DNA of 64,000 bases, taken from contig NC_057754.1 in assembly GCF_004010195.1 (NCBI RefSeq), positions 3,319,527 to 3,383,526 of the forward strand, in the 5' to 3' direction. The translations under genes and the position numbers were made by a program. Positions 25,771 through 38,211 of this stretch are shown here, one piece after another (position 1 is the stretch's first letter; each line of letters opens with the position of its first letter). Source of the stretch: Chiloscyllium plagiosum (lineage: Eukaryota). Under the pieces are notes generated by a model that was given only the letters and a program-made list of their open reading frames with translations, had not been told where the DNA came from and ran no database searches.

Positions 25771-26519
25771 GTCACTCTGTCACCTGACAGCTTCCTGCCC
25801 TTGCCTGCAGTAAACAGCAAAAAAAAAGTTTTAATAAAGCGCAAATCATCGGGAGATTTCAGCACCTCCCTATCAAGTCAGACTGTCAGAGGCAATGACA
25901 AACAGAGGAACTCCAGCCATACCCTTATCTACCCCGATGGTTGCCATTGGAGGAACAGTGGAGGTACCTCTCCCTGGTGTCCCAGAACTAGCATTGTTGT
26001 GACGACCTCAGCCATTACCTAATTGCTGGTCATGGAAGCCTCCTGTGTGCAAACTGAGCATTGTACTTCCTATATTCCAATAGAAACTGTACGTCAGAAA
26101 TACATAGCTCAGTATAAAGTGCCTGAGACCAGAAAATTTCTTTGTTATTCGATGAAATAAAGTTGAGTCTTAACAGGTTTAGCTTTACTCAGTGTCTATG
26201 AGCTTGATGTGAACTGGGACCTGATCTCCTTGGAACTTTCCTGAGAGAGCAGAAAGATAGCATGAGAGCAAGAGAACCTTTTACTATCTGATCTGATGTC
26301 TAGAGCATGCAAAGAGCCTCAAGATTCATTTGTTGATCTCTGTGCAGAGCCTTAACCTCCTTGGGTGCACATATTTATGCCTATAGATGATTTAATACAG
26401 GAACGTACAGGACAAGAGGTTGGCCACTAAGCCCTTTACTCCTGCTCCAACATGTGATTACAAACAACTATGTAATTGGTTCTGGGTAGCAGAGCAGCTT
26501 ATTCATAGATCCATACACA

Positions 26520-27330
26520 TGAAGTACAGAAAGGCCCTTCGGCCCATTGAGTCTGCACTGACATATCTACCACAAAGACGCACTAATCCCAATTTCCTGC
26601 ACCTGTCCCATATCCTAAAATGTTATGATACCTGAAGTGCTCATCCAAATATCTTTTTGCAGGTTGTAAGGTTTCTGGCCTTCACTACCTTCCCAGGCAG
26701 CACATTCCAGATTCCTACTACCCTCTAAATGAATAAGCTTTTTCCCCTAAATCCTGTCTGAATCTCTTGCCCTTTACCCTAAACCTTTTCCCTCTCATGA
26801 CTGACCTCTCAACCAAGGGGAACCGTTGCTCTCTATTCTCCCTGTGCATACCTTACAAAGGTTTACAAAATTATGAGGGGCATGAATAGGATAAATAGAC
26901 AAAGTCTTTTCCCTGGGGTGGGGGAGAGGGGAAAAATATAAACAGGTTCTAAGGGGCAACCTTTTCACACAGAGGATGGTGCGTGTATGGAATGAGCTGC
27001 CGGGGAAGTGGTGGAGGCTGGTACAATTGCGACATTTAAAAGGCATTTGGATGGGTATATGAATAGGAAGGGTTTGGAGGGATATGGGCCAGGTGCTGGC
27101 AGGTGGGACTAGATTGGGTTGGGATAACTGGTTGGCATGGACAGGTTGGACCGAAGGGTCTGTTTTCGTGCTGTAAGTCTCTATGACTCTAATAATCTCA
27201 TACATCTTAATCTTGTCATCCCTCAGTCTTCTCCACTCTAAAGCAAACAATCCAAGCCTGTCTTGTCTCTCCTTATAGCTCAATGCTCTGTACAATTCCA
27301 ACATTACCTCCTTACTTTTAAACTTTATGC
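26520..27330. mobile_element. Old minus-strand CR1 with a younger plus-strand CR1 (about 26852-27190) nested inside
   Basis: The chimeric ORF 26795-27304 switches from CR1 sense to antisense; the host sequence resumes after the tail ctctatgactcta. Confidence 0.8.
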
Positions 27331-27920
27331 AGCTTGGAGCTGTAAACAGGTAGAAAGGAGCCTTCAGACATCAGCAAGCTTAGGAGTTCTCCCTGTTCTC
27401 TGCTGTAAAAACCACTAAAACCCATTTACTTTCCCTTCAGCACTTAGTTTAAGCTATGACTTTTACTGGATGTATCAGAGATCTCTAAGTGTAAACCAGC
27501 ACATCCTAGAAGCACTTGGAGGAGGAAGAGGATTGAGAAGCAGCTTTCTGATCAGTACAAGATTCAACTCAGGAGATCCTGTGAACAGGGACCACTAAGC
27601 TGCATCCTGGCTTATCTCTCCATCCACAATACCCGTGCTTTTGTCTTTCCCCATCTATGTCTGTCTTTGTGTGTCTGTACACAGGAGGGAGTTTATCCAG
27701 AGATTTGAGTTTCAACTAGTAGAGGTATACATCAAGACTTCATAGTTAGAGTCTATTTGTCAGAAACAATCACTCCAGTTAAGTGGAGAAACCTAGTCCA
27801 TGGTTTCTGTGAACCTGGATCTGATAGACTGGTTATCTGGGGCATTCTTTTCAAAAGCTCCAATTTCTGGGACAACTCCCGGGGCTTGATTTTCAGTGTT
27901 CTCCCAACCACTTAACCAGT
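27330..27920 (+). mobile_element. Possible degenerate solo LTR
   Basis: Non-coding; resembles fish/shark LTR-like repeats from memory (gaaacctagtccatggtttct...ggggcttgattttcagtg). No termini confirmed. Confidence 0.3.
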
Positions 27921-28809
27921 CTTTATCCCTTTGCAGCCTCCTATATCGTCGTCACAGCTTCCTTTCCGACCAATCTTTGTGTCATCCACACAGTCAACAG
28001 CCACACCAATAGTTTTGCCACTACAAGAGTGCGGGGAACTTGCCAGGATGTCCCAGCAGTCACGTGTTTTGGGTACAGTGAACGGTACAACACAGACTGC
28101 GGCAGCTTAAGGCGGTGTCTCACTGAGAGAGGGCGATTACAGAGGGCAGTGAAAGGTTGGGGGGGATGGGGCAGCCAACGATATCGACATCCCATGAACA
28201 ATTTTAAAATTACTATTTATAACTTAGGTGTCTTGACCTACTTTCCACATGGACAGGACAACATTTCAAGATGATTTAGAATTACTGGATACCTGGAATT
28301 AACTCTGAAGCGTAAAACGCTAAAGAACACACCAGATGACGCAGCCAGATGAACAAGAATCCCAAAGGAGTAGATGGACCTTCGCAGTGTGTGATGGATT
28401 TGGGAAAAGTTGCTTCTGAGAAAGGAAATCCCACAGCGACTCCTGGGTCAGGGCAAGGGAGCACTCCCCACGACGTAGGTCTGAGCTGCACACATCCAAG
28501 GTAGGCCCTGCCACAACCCCCCCCAATCCTATTGTGACAAAAGCATGGTAGTCACCAATTTCAAAAACAGGCATCGCTTGGTTCATTTTCAATTTGTTTC
28601 ATGAAGAGAAAGTTGCTTTTGGTTGAGGGCAGGGGGGTGTGTGGGTTAGATTGGGGGAGGAGCGAGACAAGAGGGAAGGAGTTACATGCTGCCATGACTC
28701 ATATATGGAATCTGGAATCATGACTGGGAAGCCTCCTGCAGTTCAACAGCCTGCCAACACATACATAGCTTTGAATGTAGGTTTGCTCGCTGAGCTTGGA
28801 GGTTCATTT

Positions 28810-28849
28810 CCAGACGTTTCGTTACCTTTCTAGGTAAGATCTTCAGTGG
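28810..28849 (-). ncRNA. Minimal type I hammerhead-ribozyme-like motif in a PLE terminal repeat
   Basis: CCA CUGAAGA U CUUACCU agaa AGGUAAC GAAA CGUC UGG. Core intact; C-C mismatch at the base of stem II. Confidence 0.6.
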
Positions 28850-29210
28850 GCCTCAGGCGAAGCAATGCTGAAAATTCCTGCTTTCTATTTATATGTTTGG
28901 TTTGTGATGTCATTTCCTGTGGTAATGTTATTTTCCGTGGTGAAGTCACTTCCTGTTCCTTTTCTCAGGGGGTGGGAGATGGGGTCTAACTCGATGTGTT
29001 TGTTGATAAGAGTTCCGGTTGGAATGCCATGATTCTAGGAATTCTTGTACGTGTCTTTGTTTGGCTTGTCCTAGGATGGATGTGCTGTCCCAGTCAAAGT
29101 GGTGTCCTTCCTCATCCGTATGTGAGGATCCAAGTGATACATATGGATGGGGAAGGACACCATTTCGACTGGGACAACACATCCATCCTAGAACAAGCCA
29201 AACAAAGACA

Positions 29211-30511
29211 CATAGAACATAGAACATAACAGCACAGTACAGGCCCTTTGGCCCTCGATGTTGCACCGCCCAGTCATACTAATCTGAAGCCCATCCCACC
29301 TACACTATTCCATGTACGTCCATATGCCTGTCCAATGACGACTTAAATGCACTTAAACTCGACGAATCTACTACCGTTGCAGGCAAAGCATTCCATACCC
29401 TCACTACTCTGAGTAAAGAAACTACCTCTGACATCTGTCTTATACCTATCTCCCTTCACTTTAAAGTTGTGTCCTCTCGTGTTTGCCGTCACCATACTTG
29501 GAAAAAGGCTCTCCCTGTCCACCCTATCTAACCCTCTGATTATCTTGTATGTCTCTATTAAGTCACCTCTCAACCTTCTTCTCTCTAACGAGAACAGCCT
29601 CAAGGCCCTCAGTCTTTCCTCGTAAGACGTTCCTTCCGTACCAGGCAACATCCTAGTAAATCTCCTCTGCACCCTTTCCCAAGCTTCCACATCCTTCTTA
29701 TAATGCGGTGACTAGAACTGTACACAATACTCCAAGTGTGGCCGTACCAAAGCTTTGTACAGCTGTAGCATAACCTCCTGATTCCGGAACTCAATCCCTC
29801 TATTAATAAAGGCCAAAGCACTATATGCCTTCTTAACAACCCTGTCAATCTGGGTGGCAACTTTCAGGAATCTGTGTACATGGACACCGAGATCTCTCTG
29901 CACATCTGCACTGCCAAGAATCTTACCATTAGCCCAGTACTTTGCATTCCGATTACTCCGGCCAAAGTGTATCACCTCACACTTGTCCACATTAAACTCC
30001 ATTTGCCACCTCTCAGCCCAGCTCTGCATCCTATCTATGTCTCTCTGCAACCTACTACATCCTTTGTCCTATCCACAACTCCAGTGACCTTAGTGTCATC
30101 CGCAAATTTACTAACCCACCCTTCTAAGCCCTCAGCCAGGTCATTTATAAAAATGACGAACAGCAGTGGACCCAACACTGACCTTTGTGGTACGCCGCTA
30201 GTAACTGGACACCAAGATGGATGAACATGTTCCATCAACTACAACCCTCTGTTTTCTTTCAGAAAGCCAATTACTGATCCAAACTGCTAGGTCTCCCACA
30301 ATCCCATTCCTCTTGAAGTGAGACTCACTGGTCTGTAATTACCAGGGTTGTCTCTACTACCCTTTTGAACAAGGGAACTACATTTGCTATTCTCCAGTCC
30401 TCAGGCACTATTCCTGTAGACAATGATGATTTGAAGATCAATGCCAAAGGCTCGGCAATCTCTTCCCTTGCTTCCCAGAGAAGCCTAGGATAGATCCCAT
30501 CCAGCCCAGGG
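29211..30511 (-). mobile_element. CR1-clade LINE, 5'-truncated and internally deleted (~30313), nested in the PLE
   Basis: RT motifs [44 protein letters not shown] and RRRLRGDLIE. (ATGTTCT)n tail at 29211. ACAC on both sides of the insertion. Confidence 0.92.
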
Positions 30512-30708
30512 AACACGCACGAGAATTCCTAGAATCATGGCATTCCAACCGGAACTCTATCAACAAACACACCGAGTTAGACTCCATTTACCACCCCCTG
30601 AGAAAAGGAACAGGAAGTGACTTCACCACAGGAAATAACATCACCAACCCAAAGAATCCCAAACATATAAATAGAAAGCAGGAATTTTCAGCATTGCTTC
30701 GCCTGAGG

Positions 30709-30750
30709 TCCACTGAAGATGTTACCTGGTAAGGTAACAAAACGTCTGGA
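30709..30750 (+). ncRNA. Minimal hammerhead-like motif, GAAA changed to AAAA
   Basis: UCCA CUGAAGA U GUUACC ugguaa GGUAAC AAAA CGUC UGGA. Stems I and II perfect; one core substitution at a CpG. Confidence 0.6.
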
Positions 30751-31104
30751 AATGAACCTCCAAGCTCAGCGAGCAAACCTAAATCCAAAACCTCAACCTG
30801 AGCTACAAATCTTCTCAAAACTCACTAACTACATAGCTTGCTCAGCTTGTGTGTGGTAGGAAGCCAGTCCAGGAAGGCAATCAGTTAACTGCTCCACCCC
30901 TTGAATCTGCAGCCCGTGAAAAGAGTTAAGAATAATAATGCAGGCTGCAAAATTTCCTCAATTCCTGAATCAACCGGAGAAACAGAAAATGCATAATCAC
31001 ACCTGATTCAGTTAATCTCAACTCAGGCCCTGACCTCAGAACTGTGCTGTGGTGGCCCTGGGCAGCAAAAAACCTGGGTCTGAGTCTAGCCTCAGATAGA
31101 CCTC

Positions 31105-31895
31105 AGCACTAAAGCCTATACCGACACAGTCCCAGTACCAATACTGAGGGAGTGCCACACTGTCAGAGGGTCAGCACTATGAGGGCGCCACTCTGTTGGG
31201 ATGGTCAGCGCTGAGGGGCCGCAGTACTGTCGGAGGGTCAGTGCTGAGGGAGCACCGCATTGTAGGAGGGTCAGTGCTGAGGGAGCACCGCACTGTCGGA
31301 GGGTCAGTGCTGAGGGAGCACCACACTGTTGGAGGGTCAGTGCTGAGGGAGTGGGCACTGTCGGAGGGTCAATGCTGAGGGAGCACCACACTGTTGGAGG
31401 GTCAGTACTGAGATAGTAGGCCCTGTCGGAGGGTCAATGCTGAGGGAACAACACACCGACAGAGGATCAGCATTAAAGGAGAGCCTTTAGGTCAGTAGTA
31501 AGGGAATTTGCATTGTCAGAGGGTCAATGTGCATTCTGCATTGTTTGGGGTTTGATGCGTGTGATTTCCATCCTGTGGGAATGACCATCTTTTCGATGGG
31601 CTGATAAACTGAGGCCCTGTCTTCTCTCTTGGGTGGGTGTATGAAGTCCCACCGCCGCTATCAGAGGAAGGACAGTGGGGAACTCACTGCAGTGTCCAGA
31701 GGCCAACACTTATCCTCCATCAACACTGTTAACAAAAACATTTATTAATTTGAATCATTCGCACATTGCCGTTCACAAACTGACTGTCATTTTCTTACAT
31801 TAAGAGCAGTGACTATACTTCACAAAGTATACCATTGGTGTTAAATGCATGGAACCTTGTGGAGATAATGAAGAGACTTGTACAAATTGAAGTCA
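31105..31895 (+). repeat. 33-bp minisatellite (31140-31525) embedded in a DeuSINE/SacSINE1-like element
   Basis: The array is followed by SINE body (ataaactgaggccctgtc...gtgactatacttcacaaagta), recognised from memory of Deu-domain SINEs. Confidence 0.8.
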
Positions 31896-32218
31896 GCAGT
31901 TTGAGAAGGGGAAAGCCCGGAGACAGCTTGACAGCAGCAGGACCAGTCCGACAGAACAGCCTGTTTCTGTGCCGTACACATTACGCAGAGTCTTTTTCAC
32001 TTCTTGTTGTCCCCTGGACCATCTGACTCATGTCAGGGTCTCCCCTTGTGCCCTCCAGGTTTCCTGCAGCCAACTGTGGGACTCGCAATTAATTTTGAAA
32101 ACATACAGGAGTGTTCGCGAAAGCAAAGCAAAACAGTCGTCAAATTAAATCAATGGAACTTCTGACCCCCTCACTTCCTCCCAGTTGGGAGTTAATGACA
32201 TGAACCGTATGTACTCAC

Positions 32219-32302
32219 TGAAGTGACAGATGATAACGGGCTCTGTTTATGGTGAAGTCTGACCAGGGAAATCCTATAAACTGTTCCCTGGCCTAAGGTT
32301 GC
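32219..32302 (-). other. Candidate 84-nt cassette 5'UTR exon of DNAJC4
   Basis: Acceptor ctcttgctgtttcag| and donor TTCA|gtgagt in non-repeat sequence on the DNAJC4 strand. No ATG. Splice signals are the only evidence. Confidence 0.35.
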
Positions 32303-34177
32303 CTGAAACAGCAAGAGTGATTGATTTTGTAAGGCAGAAACCATGTCAACCAAGAGTTTCGGAAGGACATAACTTTGAGGCATTCACACAGAGGCTATTG
32401 CCTTCAAACTGTAGAGTGGCCTCGGTCCTGTCAAATGACCCAAATATTTATCCCACAGAGGCACCAACGCTTTTTTGTTTAAGAAATATTGGCTTTTTAA
32501 CAGTAGGAATATGGCCACACACTGCACTGAATGGGTGGTTTTTGCTGAGGTACAACCTCAAAATTAACCATCACAACCTTCTCAACTGTGGGCTCTCCCC
32601 ATACGACCTGTTGCATGTGTTTGTGGAGACGGGAGTTTACAATCAAATCCGCTTCATTTCCTGTGTCCTGCAATGCCATCCTCCCACTTCTTTTGAACAG
32701 ATGTCACTGGGAGGACAGGGTGAAGCTGGATTAGCAGAATGGTTTGGATCCCCCCCCCTCTCCACCCCCACCCCTGAGCTCAGGAAGATTCACAGAATTG
32801 GACTGAACTGTGGATGACCAGTCCCCACAGCCACAGGCCCATTGTCCATCACAGCCTGGGCTGGACCCTTTGAAAGTGACATCCCATTCCCCTTCCTCCT
32901 CTTCCCAAAGCCCGACAATTTGATTTCTTTCCTTTGCGTGCAGTAGGAATATGGCCGCACACTGCACTTCTCCCTGAGGAACACCCCTTGAAATTTTAGG
33001 TCTGCACCATTCTCTGTCACTTTACCCCTCAGTAGACCACAGAAGATGGTCGATGCAGTCTGAGCAGGTCTGGGAGCAGCATTGTATGACAGGCTCGGAG
33101 GCAACATCAAGCCAAACATTGCAGACCTCACAAACACAAATACTTATCAGTTCAGTTTGGAAGTCACTAATTCTATGACGTCTTGTGAACTGGGCTGCTC
33201 TTCAAAGATTGTCCTTCCATCTTTAATGTGTCCGTGTGAGCAGGTTTTCCTTCAAGGCCTACTGGCATTAGTGGAAGCTCTGTTCTAACCGAGATTTAAG
33301 AATTCACAATATTGTTGATCTTCTATCACCTCCTTCAATCTGCTGCTAGCACCTTCAACCCTCAATCAGAAGGAGTGATTGTGTTTTCCGAGCCTGTCAC
33401 TGCAGTAGTTGCTGTCGCTGGGCATGGCAGACTTTGTACACTTCTGCTGAACTGTGGAAGATCAAGATGGTGATGCTCACCACCCAAGACAAGGCTAGCC
33501 TTCCAGTGACAGCCCAGGAGTCTTCTTGAGTCATAGAGACATACAGCACAGAAAGAGACCCTTTGGTCCAACCAGTCCATGCTGACCATAATGCCAAACT
33601 GAACTAGCCCCATGGGCCTATGCTTAGCCCATATCCCTTCAAATATTTCTCATCAAGATGAGGGAGCAAACCTGCCTAGGCAGATGCACAGATGATCCAA
33701 AGGCAGTCTTTGAAGAGCTATAGTGCTCATGAAGACAACACAAAGGAGGAGCCATTCAGCCCAACCAGGCTTCTTGAACAGGCAGTCATGCTGAGTCCAA
33801 CATTGCCTGCATTTTGTCCACTACCCTGTGAAATCTCAGGGTATTTTCCTGTCCAACTCCACCTTGAGGCTATCCGTTAAGTCAGCTTCCTCTAGCTTGT
33901 CAGGCAGAATTTTCCCGATCCCAGTAACTCTTTGAGGGAAATTATTTCTCATCTTCCCTTTAGAGCTTTTGCTAATTAGTTTTGATCTGACTTGTTTACT
34001 GAACGAACGATAGAAGGAACGGGTGACCCGCATAGTGTGTTGCAGCACGGAAAAGGGCCCACAGTGTCTGTTATTTCCTGTTGAAGAAAAGGCTTGCATT
34101 TCCAGAGCATCCCAGATGTCCCAACGTATTTTACAGCCAATGAAGTGGAACATCTTTGAAGAGTATGGTCAAGAAGG

Positions 34178-34755
34178 CCTAACAACGCCGCTTCTTCCTC
34201 AGGCGGTTTAGGAAATTCGGCAGATAAGGATCCTCACCAACTTTGACAGACGCAGCATAGAAAGCATTCGGTCCAGGTGTATGACAGCCTGGCACAGCAA
34301 CTGCTCTGCCCAGGATCGTAAGAAACTACAGAAAGTTGTGTGCACAGCCCAGACCAGCATGGAAGCCAACTTCTCATCCATGGATGCCACTTACACTTCT
34401 AGTTTCCAGAGAAAGGCAGCCAACATCATCATAGATCCCTCCTACCTTGGTAATGCTCTCTTCCAACCTCTTCTGTCGGGCAGAAGATACAGAAGCTAAA
34501 ACACAGGCACCAACAGGTTCAAGAACAGCTTCTTCCACACTGCTTTTAAACTGCTGAATGGACCCTCTTATTTCAAATCAAATGATGATCTTGCTTTCGC
34601 GCACCTCTTGTTCCATAACCTTGTATGCCTCGCTCTGTCTAAACACCCTGTGATCTGCATGTCCTTGTTTGTTATGATCTGCCGGTGTTGTATGCAAAAC
34701 AAAACCTTTCACTGTACTTGGGTACATGTGATGATAATAAATCAAATCAAATCAG
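34178..34755 (+). mobile_element. Rex1/Babar-like LINE 3' end
   Basis: TAWHSNCSAQDRKKLQKVV...DPSYLGNALFQPLLSGRRYRS and an (AAATC)n tail. Confidence 0.8.
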
Positions 34756-35624
34756 GGTAGGCACTGTCATAAGGCAGTGCTTGACCAATCTAGCTCCCAT
34801 GAACAGCAATGCAAAAATAACCAGCTCACCCACTTTCTGTGGTGATTGATGGGTGAATACATAATCGGCCCAATGACACCAGGGTCGGGGAGACCTCCCA
34901 CTCTGCTCTGCTCCAAAACTCATGTTGTAGGAACCTTTACTCGAAAGGGAAGAACCTTCTATAAAAACAAAAAATACTAGAGATACTCAGCTGTTTTGGC
35001 TACGTCCATGAAGAGAGAACAGAGCCCAGTGTTTAAGAAATTATGCTTCATATTCATGACTGAAAGGGGCTAGAAACTGTTGATTTTTAATACTGCTGAC
35101 AGAGGGGTGGAGGTGCAAATGGAATGGGCACTTGGAACAAGAGACAACGTCGACACTAATGGTGGTAAAGATATGATAGAGATGCAAAACAGGTGTGAAT
35201 GATAAGAGAGAAAAGTAGAAAGTGGGTGTACTCAATTGAAAGCAATGGATTTGGGGGTGGGGGGTGGGTGTTCATAATCAAAATGGTGAACAGAGGTCAT
35301 GATCTGAAGTTGTTCATTGTACCCAATTGACTGCCCCTGTTGTGTGGTTGTATCCGCATTCAAGAGATGTGGTGCTTGCCGCTACCAGAGGCCTTTAGAG
35401 ACCAGAGGTCACTGCAGGGGCTGAGGTCCATCACCACCTCGGACAACGTTATTTTAATTTAATAAGTTTCAGTTTTGTTATGCAAGTTTCCATGAACTGT
35501 TAGTCTGTATTTTTGATGCAGTGTTCCAGCAGGGACTGTTTCAACCATTTTGTTGTTTTCCTCTTAAAACAAAAGGAATAAAATCATGTTCAGCACATCC
35601 CCACAAATCCCCAGCCCTAACTCA

Positions 35625-36530
35625 GAATCATAAGTATGTACAGCCTGGAAACAGACCCTTCAGACCAACTCACCCATGCCAACCAGATATCCTAAATTAG
35701 TCTAGTCCCATTTGCTAGCATTTGGCCCACATCCCTCTGAACCCTTCCTATTCATGTACCCATCTGGATACCTTTTAAATATTGTAATGGTACCTCTGGC
35801 AGCTCATTCCATACCACCCTCTGCGTGAAAAAGTTGCCCCCTAGACCCCTAAACCTTTTCCCTCTCATCTGAAACCTATTCCCTCTAGTTCTGGACTCCC
35901 TGACCCTGAGGAGAAGACCCTGTCCATTCACCCTATCCATGCCCCTCATGATTTTATAAACCTCTATAAGGTCACCCCTCAGCCTCTGTTGCTCCAGGGA
36001 AAATAGCCCCAGCCTCTCCCTATAGCTCAAACCCTTCAAACCCAACAACATTCTTGTAAATCTTTTCTGAACCCTTTCGAGTTTCACAACATCCTTCCTA
36101 CAGTAAGGGGACCAGAACTGCACACAATATTCCAAAAATGGCCTAATCAATATCCTGTACAGCTGCAACATGACCTCCCAACTCCTAAACCGGTTAATTC
36201 TCCTACCTGCGACTCCACTTAGAAGTAACTATTAACCAGTGTCCAAGGTCATTGCAACGCCTTACCAATCAAGTGTATAAGTTGTACCAAAATGCAGCAC
36301 CTCAGATTTATCTAAATTAAATTCTGTCTGCCATTCCTTAGCTCATTAGCCCATCTGATCAAGGTGCCTATTGTACTGAGACAACCTTCTTCGCTGTCCA
36401 CTACACCACCAATTTTGGTGTGATCTGCAAACTTACTAACTGTACCTTCTGTGCTCACATCCAAATCATTGATATAAATGATGAAAAGCAGTGGACCCAG
36501 CACCAATCCTTGTGGCACACCAGTTGGCAC
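35625..36530 (-). mobile_element. CR1 fragment
   Basis: [27 protein letters not shown] and LEYCVQFWSPY. Confidence 0.9.
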
Positions 36531-36621
36531 TCAGGGGATGGGTCAAGAAAAAAAGATCCTTGGGAGCAGGAAGGTTGGGGATGGGGGAAGGTGGCAGTCA
36601 TGAGAAACTCAGTTTGTTAAA

Positions 36622-37237
36622 ACCAAAAGAACTGCAAATGCTGTAAATCAGAAACAAAAACAGAAGCTGCTAGAAAAGCTCAGCAGATCTGGCAGCATCC
36701 GTGAAGTGAAATTAAAGTTAACGTTTCGGGTCTGGGCTGAAGAAGGGTCACCGGACCCAAAACGTTAATTTTGCTTTCTCGGCACGGATCCTGCCAGACC
36801 TGCTGAGCTTTTCTGGTGACCCTTCATCAGATTGGACCTGAAATGTTAACTTTGATTTCTCATCACAGATGCTGCCAGAACTGTTGAGCTTTTCTGGTGA
36901 CCCTTCATCAAACTGAATCCAAAACTTTAACTTTGCTTTCTTATCGCTGAATTGACCAGAACCGTTGAGCTTTTCTGGTGACCCTTCATCAGACGGGACC
37001 CAAAAACGTTAACTTTGATTTCTCTTCATGGATGCTGCCAGACCTGCTGAGCTTTTCTGGTGACCCTTCGTCAAATTGGACCCAACACGTTAACTTTGCC
37101 TTCTCGTCACAGGCGCTGCCAGAACCGTTGAGCTTTCCTGGTGACCCTTCATCAGACGGGACCCAAAAACGTTAACTTTGATTCCTCTTCACGGATGCTG
37201 CCAGACCTGCTGAGCTTTTCCAGCAACCTCTGCTGTC
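36622..37237. repeat. PLE terminal-repeat-derived ~81-bp tandem array (6 units) preceded by one inverted unit
   Basis: Units ggacccaaaacgttaactttg...gatgctgccagacctgctgagcttttc start near 36753, 36834, 36915, 36996, 37078 and 37159. 36660-36732 is the inverted copy. Confidence 0.88.
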
Positions 37238-37239
37238 GT

Positions 37240-38160
37240 TAAAGCTCAATTCGTATTTGGATGCCACCCCACTGCAATGGCAACCAACCTGACCATGTGT
37301 TAACAAGTGTGTGCGTGCGTTTTGGTGTTCGCTCACCCCACCTCCCCCAAACTATGCCCTTCAGTTCCAGCCCAGCAAAGGGGGCAGGGGACATGATGGA
37401 GTCAGAACCAAAATGGCGGCTGACAGACAGGGGCCTTCTCTTCGAAGGAGGAAGATGCCTGAAGGACGAGGAAATAAGCAACACTTCCAAACTCCAACTG
37501 AAAAAGCGAGAGGTCGTTTGTAAACAACGGGAAGTGGAAGTTGGGATTGAGACGGCACCGCTTCCCCACAGCACTAGCGTCGCGGACACGGCTCGAGGTA
37601 CCTTTTGGTGCTTGACCGTTTAAAAGGGCAGTTGACCTCCCGTCCTCCAACCGCCGCCGTGCGTGCGCATGCGCGGCGTGCATGGAAAAGGCGGGGGGGG
37701 GGGTCTGGAGGCAGGGTTTGTGACGGAAGGGGCGGAGCATGGCGCCGGCGCCTCAACTGGAACCGGCGAAGAGGAAAGATCAGGGGGGGGGGGCGGGGCC
37801 GCGAAAGGGGTTGGGACCGCAACCGCCACGAGCCCCGCCCTCTCCATGACGCCGACCTATGGAAAACGCCCCGTGCGAGCTGCTCTCCGCCCCTTAAGTT
37901 GCCCCGCCCCGCGGTTGACGTCTGGAGGCCGACCGTTGAACTTCAAGTGGGAACGTCGAACCTTTCCCCTCCCCCCCCCCCCCCACCACCACTTTCCCGC
38001 CCGAAGCCGCCGGCGGTTAGGTTCGGAATGCGACGACTGGGCATGCGTCTTGCCCCCGTCGCGGTGACTGCGCATGCTCATGGGTGCGTTCTCCAGGTGG
38101 TGAGGCGGAGTGGCTGCGGTGGGTGGGCGAAGCCAGAAGCATCTTTTCTGCTGGAATAAC
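37240..38160. promoter_or_regulatory. CpG island and probable bidirectional housekeeping promoter
   Basis: The main strongly CpG-rich non-repeat stretch. YY1 CAAAATGGCGGC 37409-37420; tandem ETS/GABP CGGGAAGTGGAAGT 37528-37541; NRF1 TGCGCATGCGC 37664-37674 and TGCGCATGCTCA 38069-38080; GC boxes near 37729, 37790 and 37901; CRE-like TGACGTC 37916. Confidence 0.85.
37337..37520 (-). other. DNAJC4: Probable non-coding first exon of DNAJC4 (start site approximate)
   Basis: Donor TGGG|gtgagc at 37336 (alternative GAG|gtgggg at 37341) at the left edge of the CpG island. A YY1 motif (GCCGCCATTTTG on this strand) lies inside it. Confidence 0.55.
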
Positions 38161-38211
38161 CCTAACAGCAACCCTCCTCGTTCAAACTCAATACTTTGAG
38201 GACAGAGAGAG
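38085..38211 (+). other. Candidate first exon of a divergent plus-strand transcript
   Basis: Strong donor GAGAG|gtaagg at 38212, just downstream of the second NRF1 site. No coding continuation identified. Confidence 0.4.

Larger units (their letters stand above)
28772..30829 (+). mobile_element. Penelope-like element 3' portion with an inverted 5' copy (28772-~29125 versus ~29135-29210 plus 30514-30829), split by a CR1 insertion
   Basis: GIY-YIG tail peptide EEGHHFDWDNTSILGQAKQRH in both orientations, and terminal-repeat sequence at both ends. Direct repeat TACATAGCTT at 28762-28771 and 30830-30839. Confidence 0.88.

Noticed and set aside
33087..33399. 13-bp inverted repeat TGACAGGCTCGGA as transposon ends
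   Set aside because: No target duplication or second copy, and a match of this length is plausible by chance in 64 kb.
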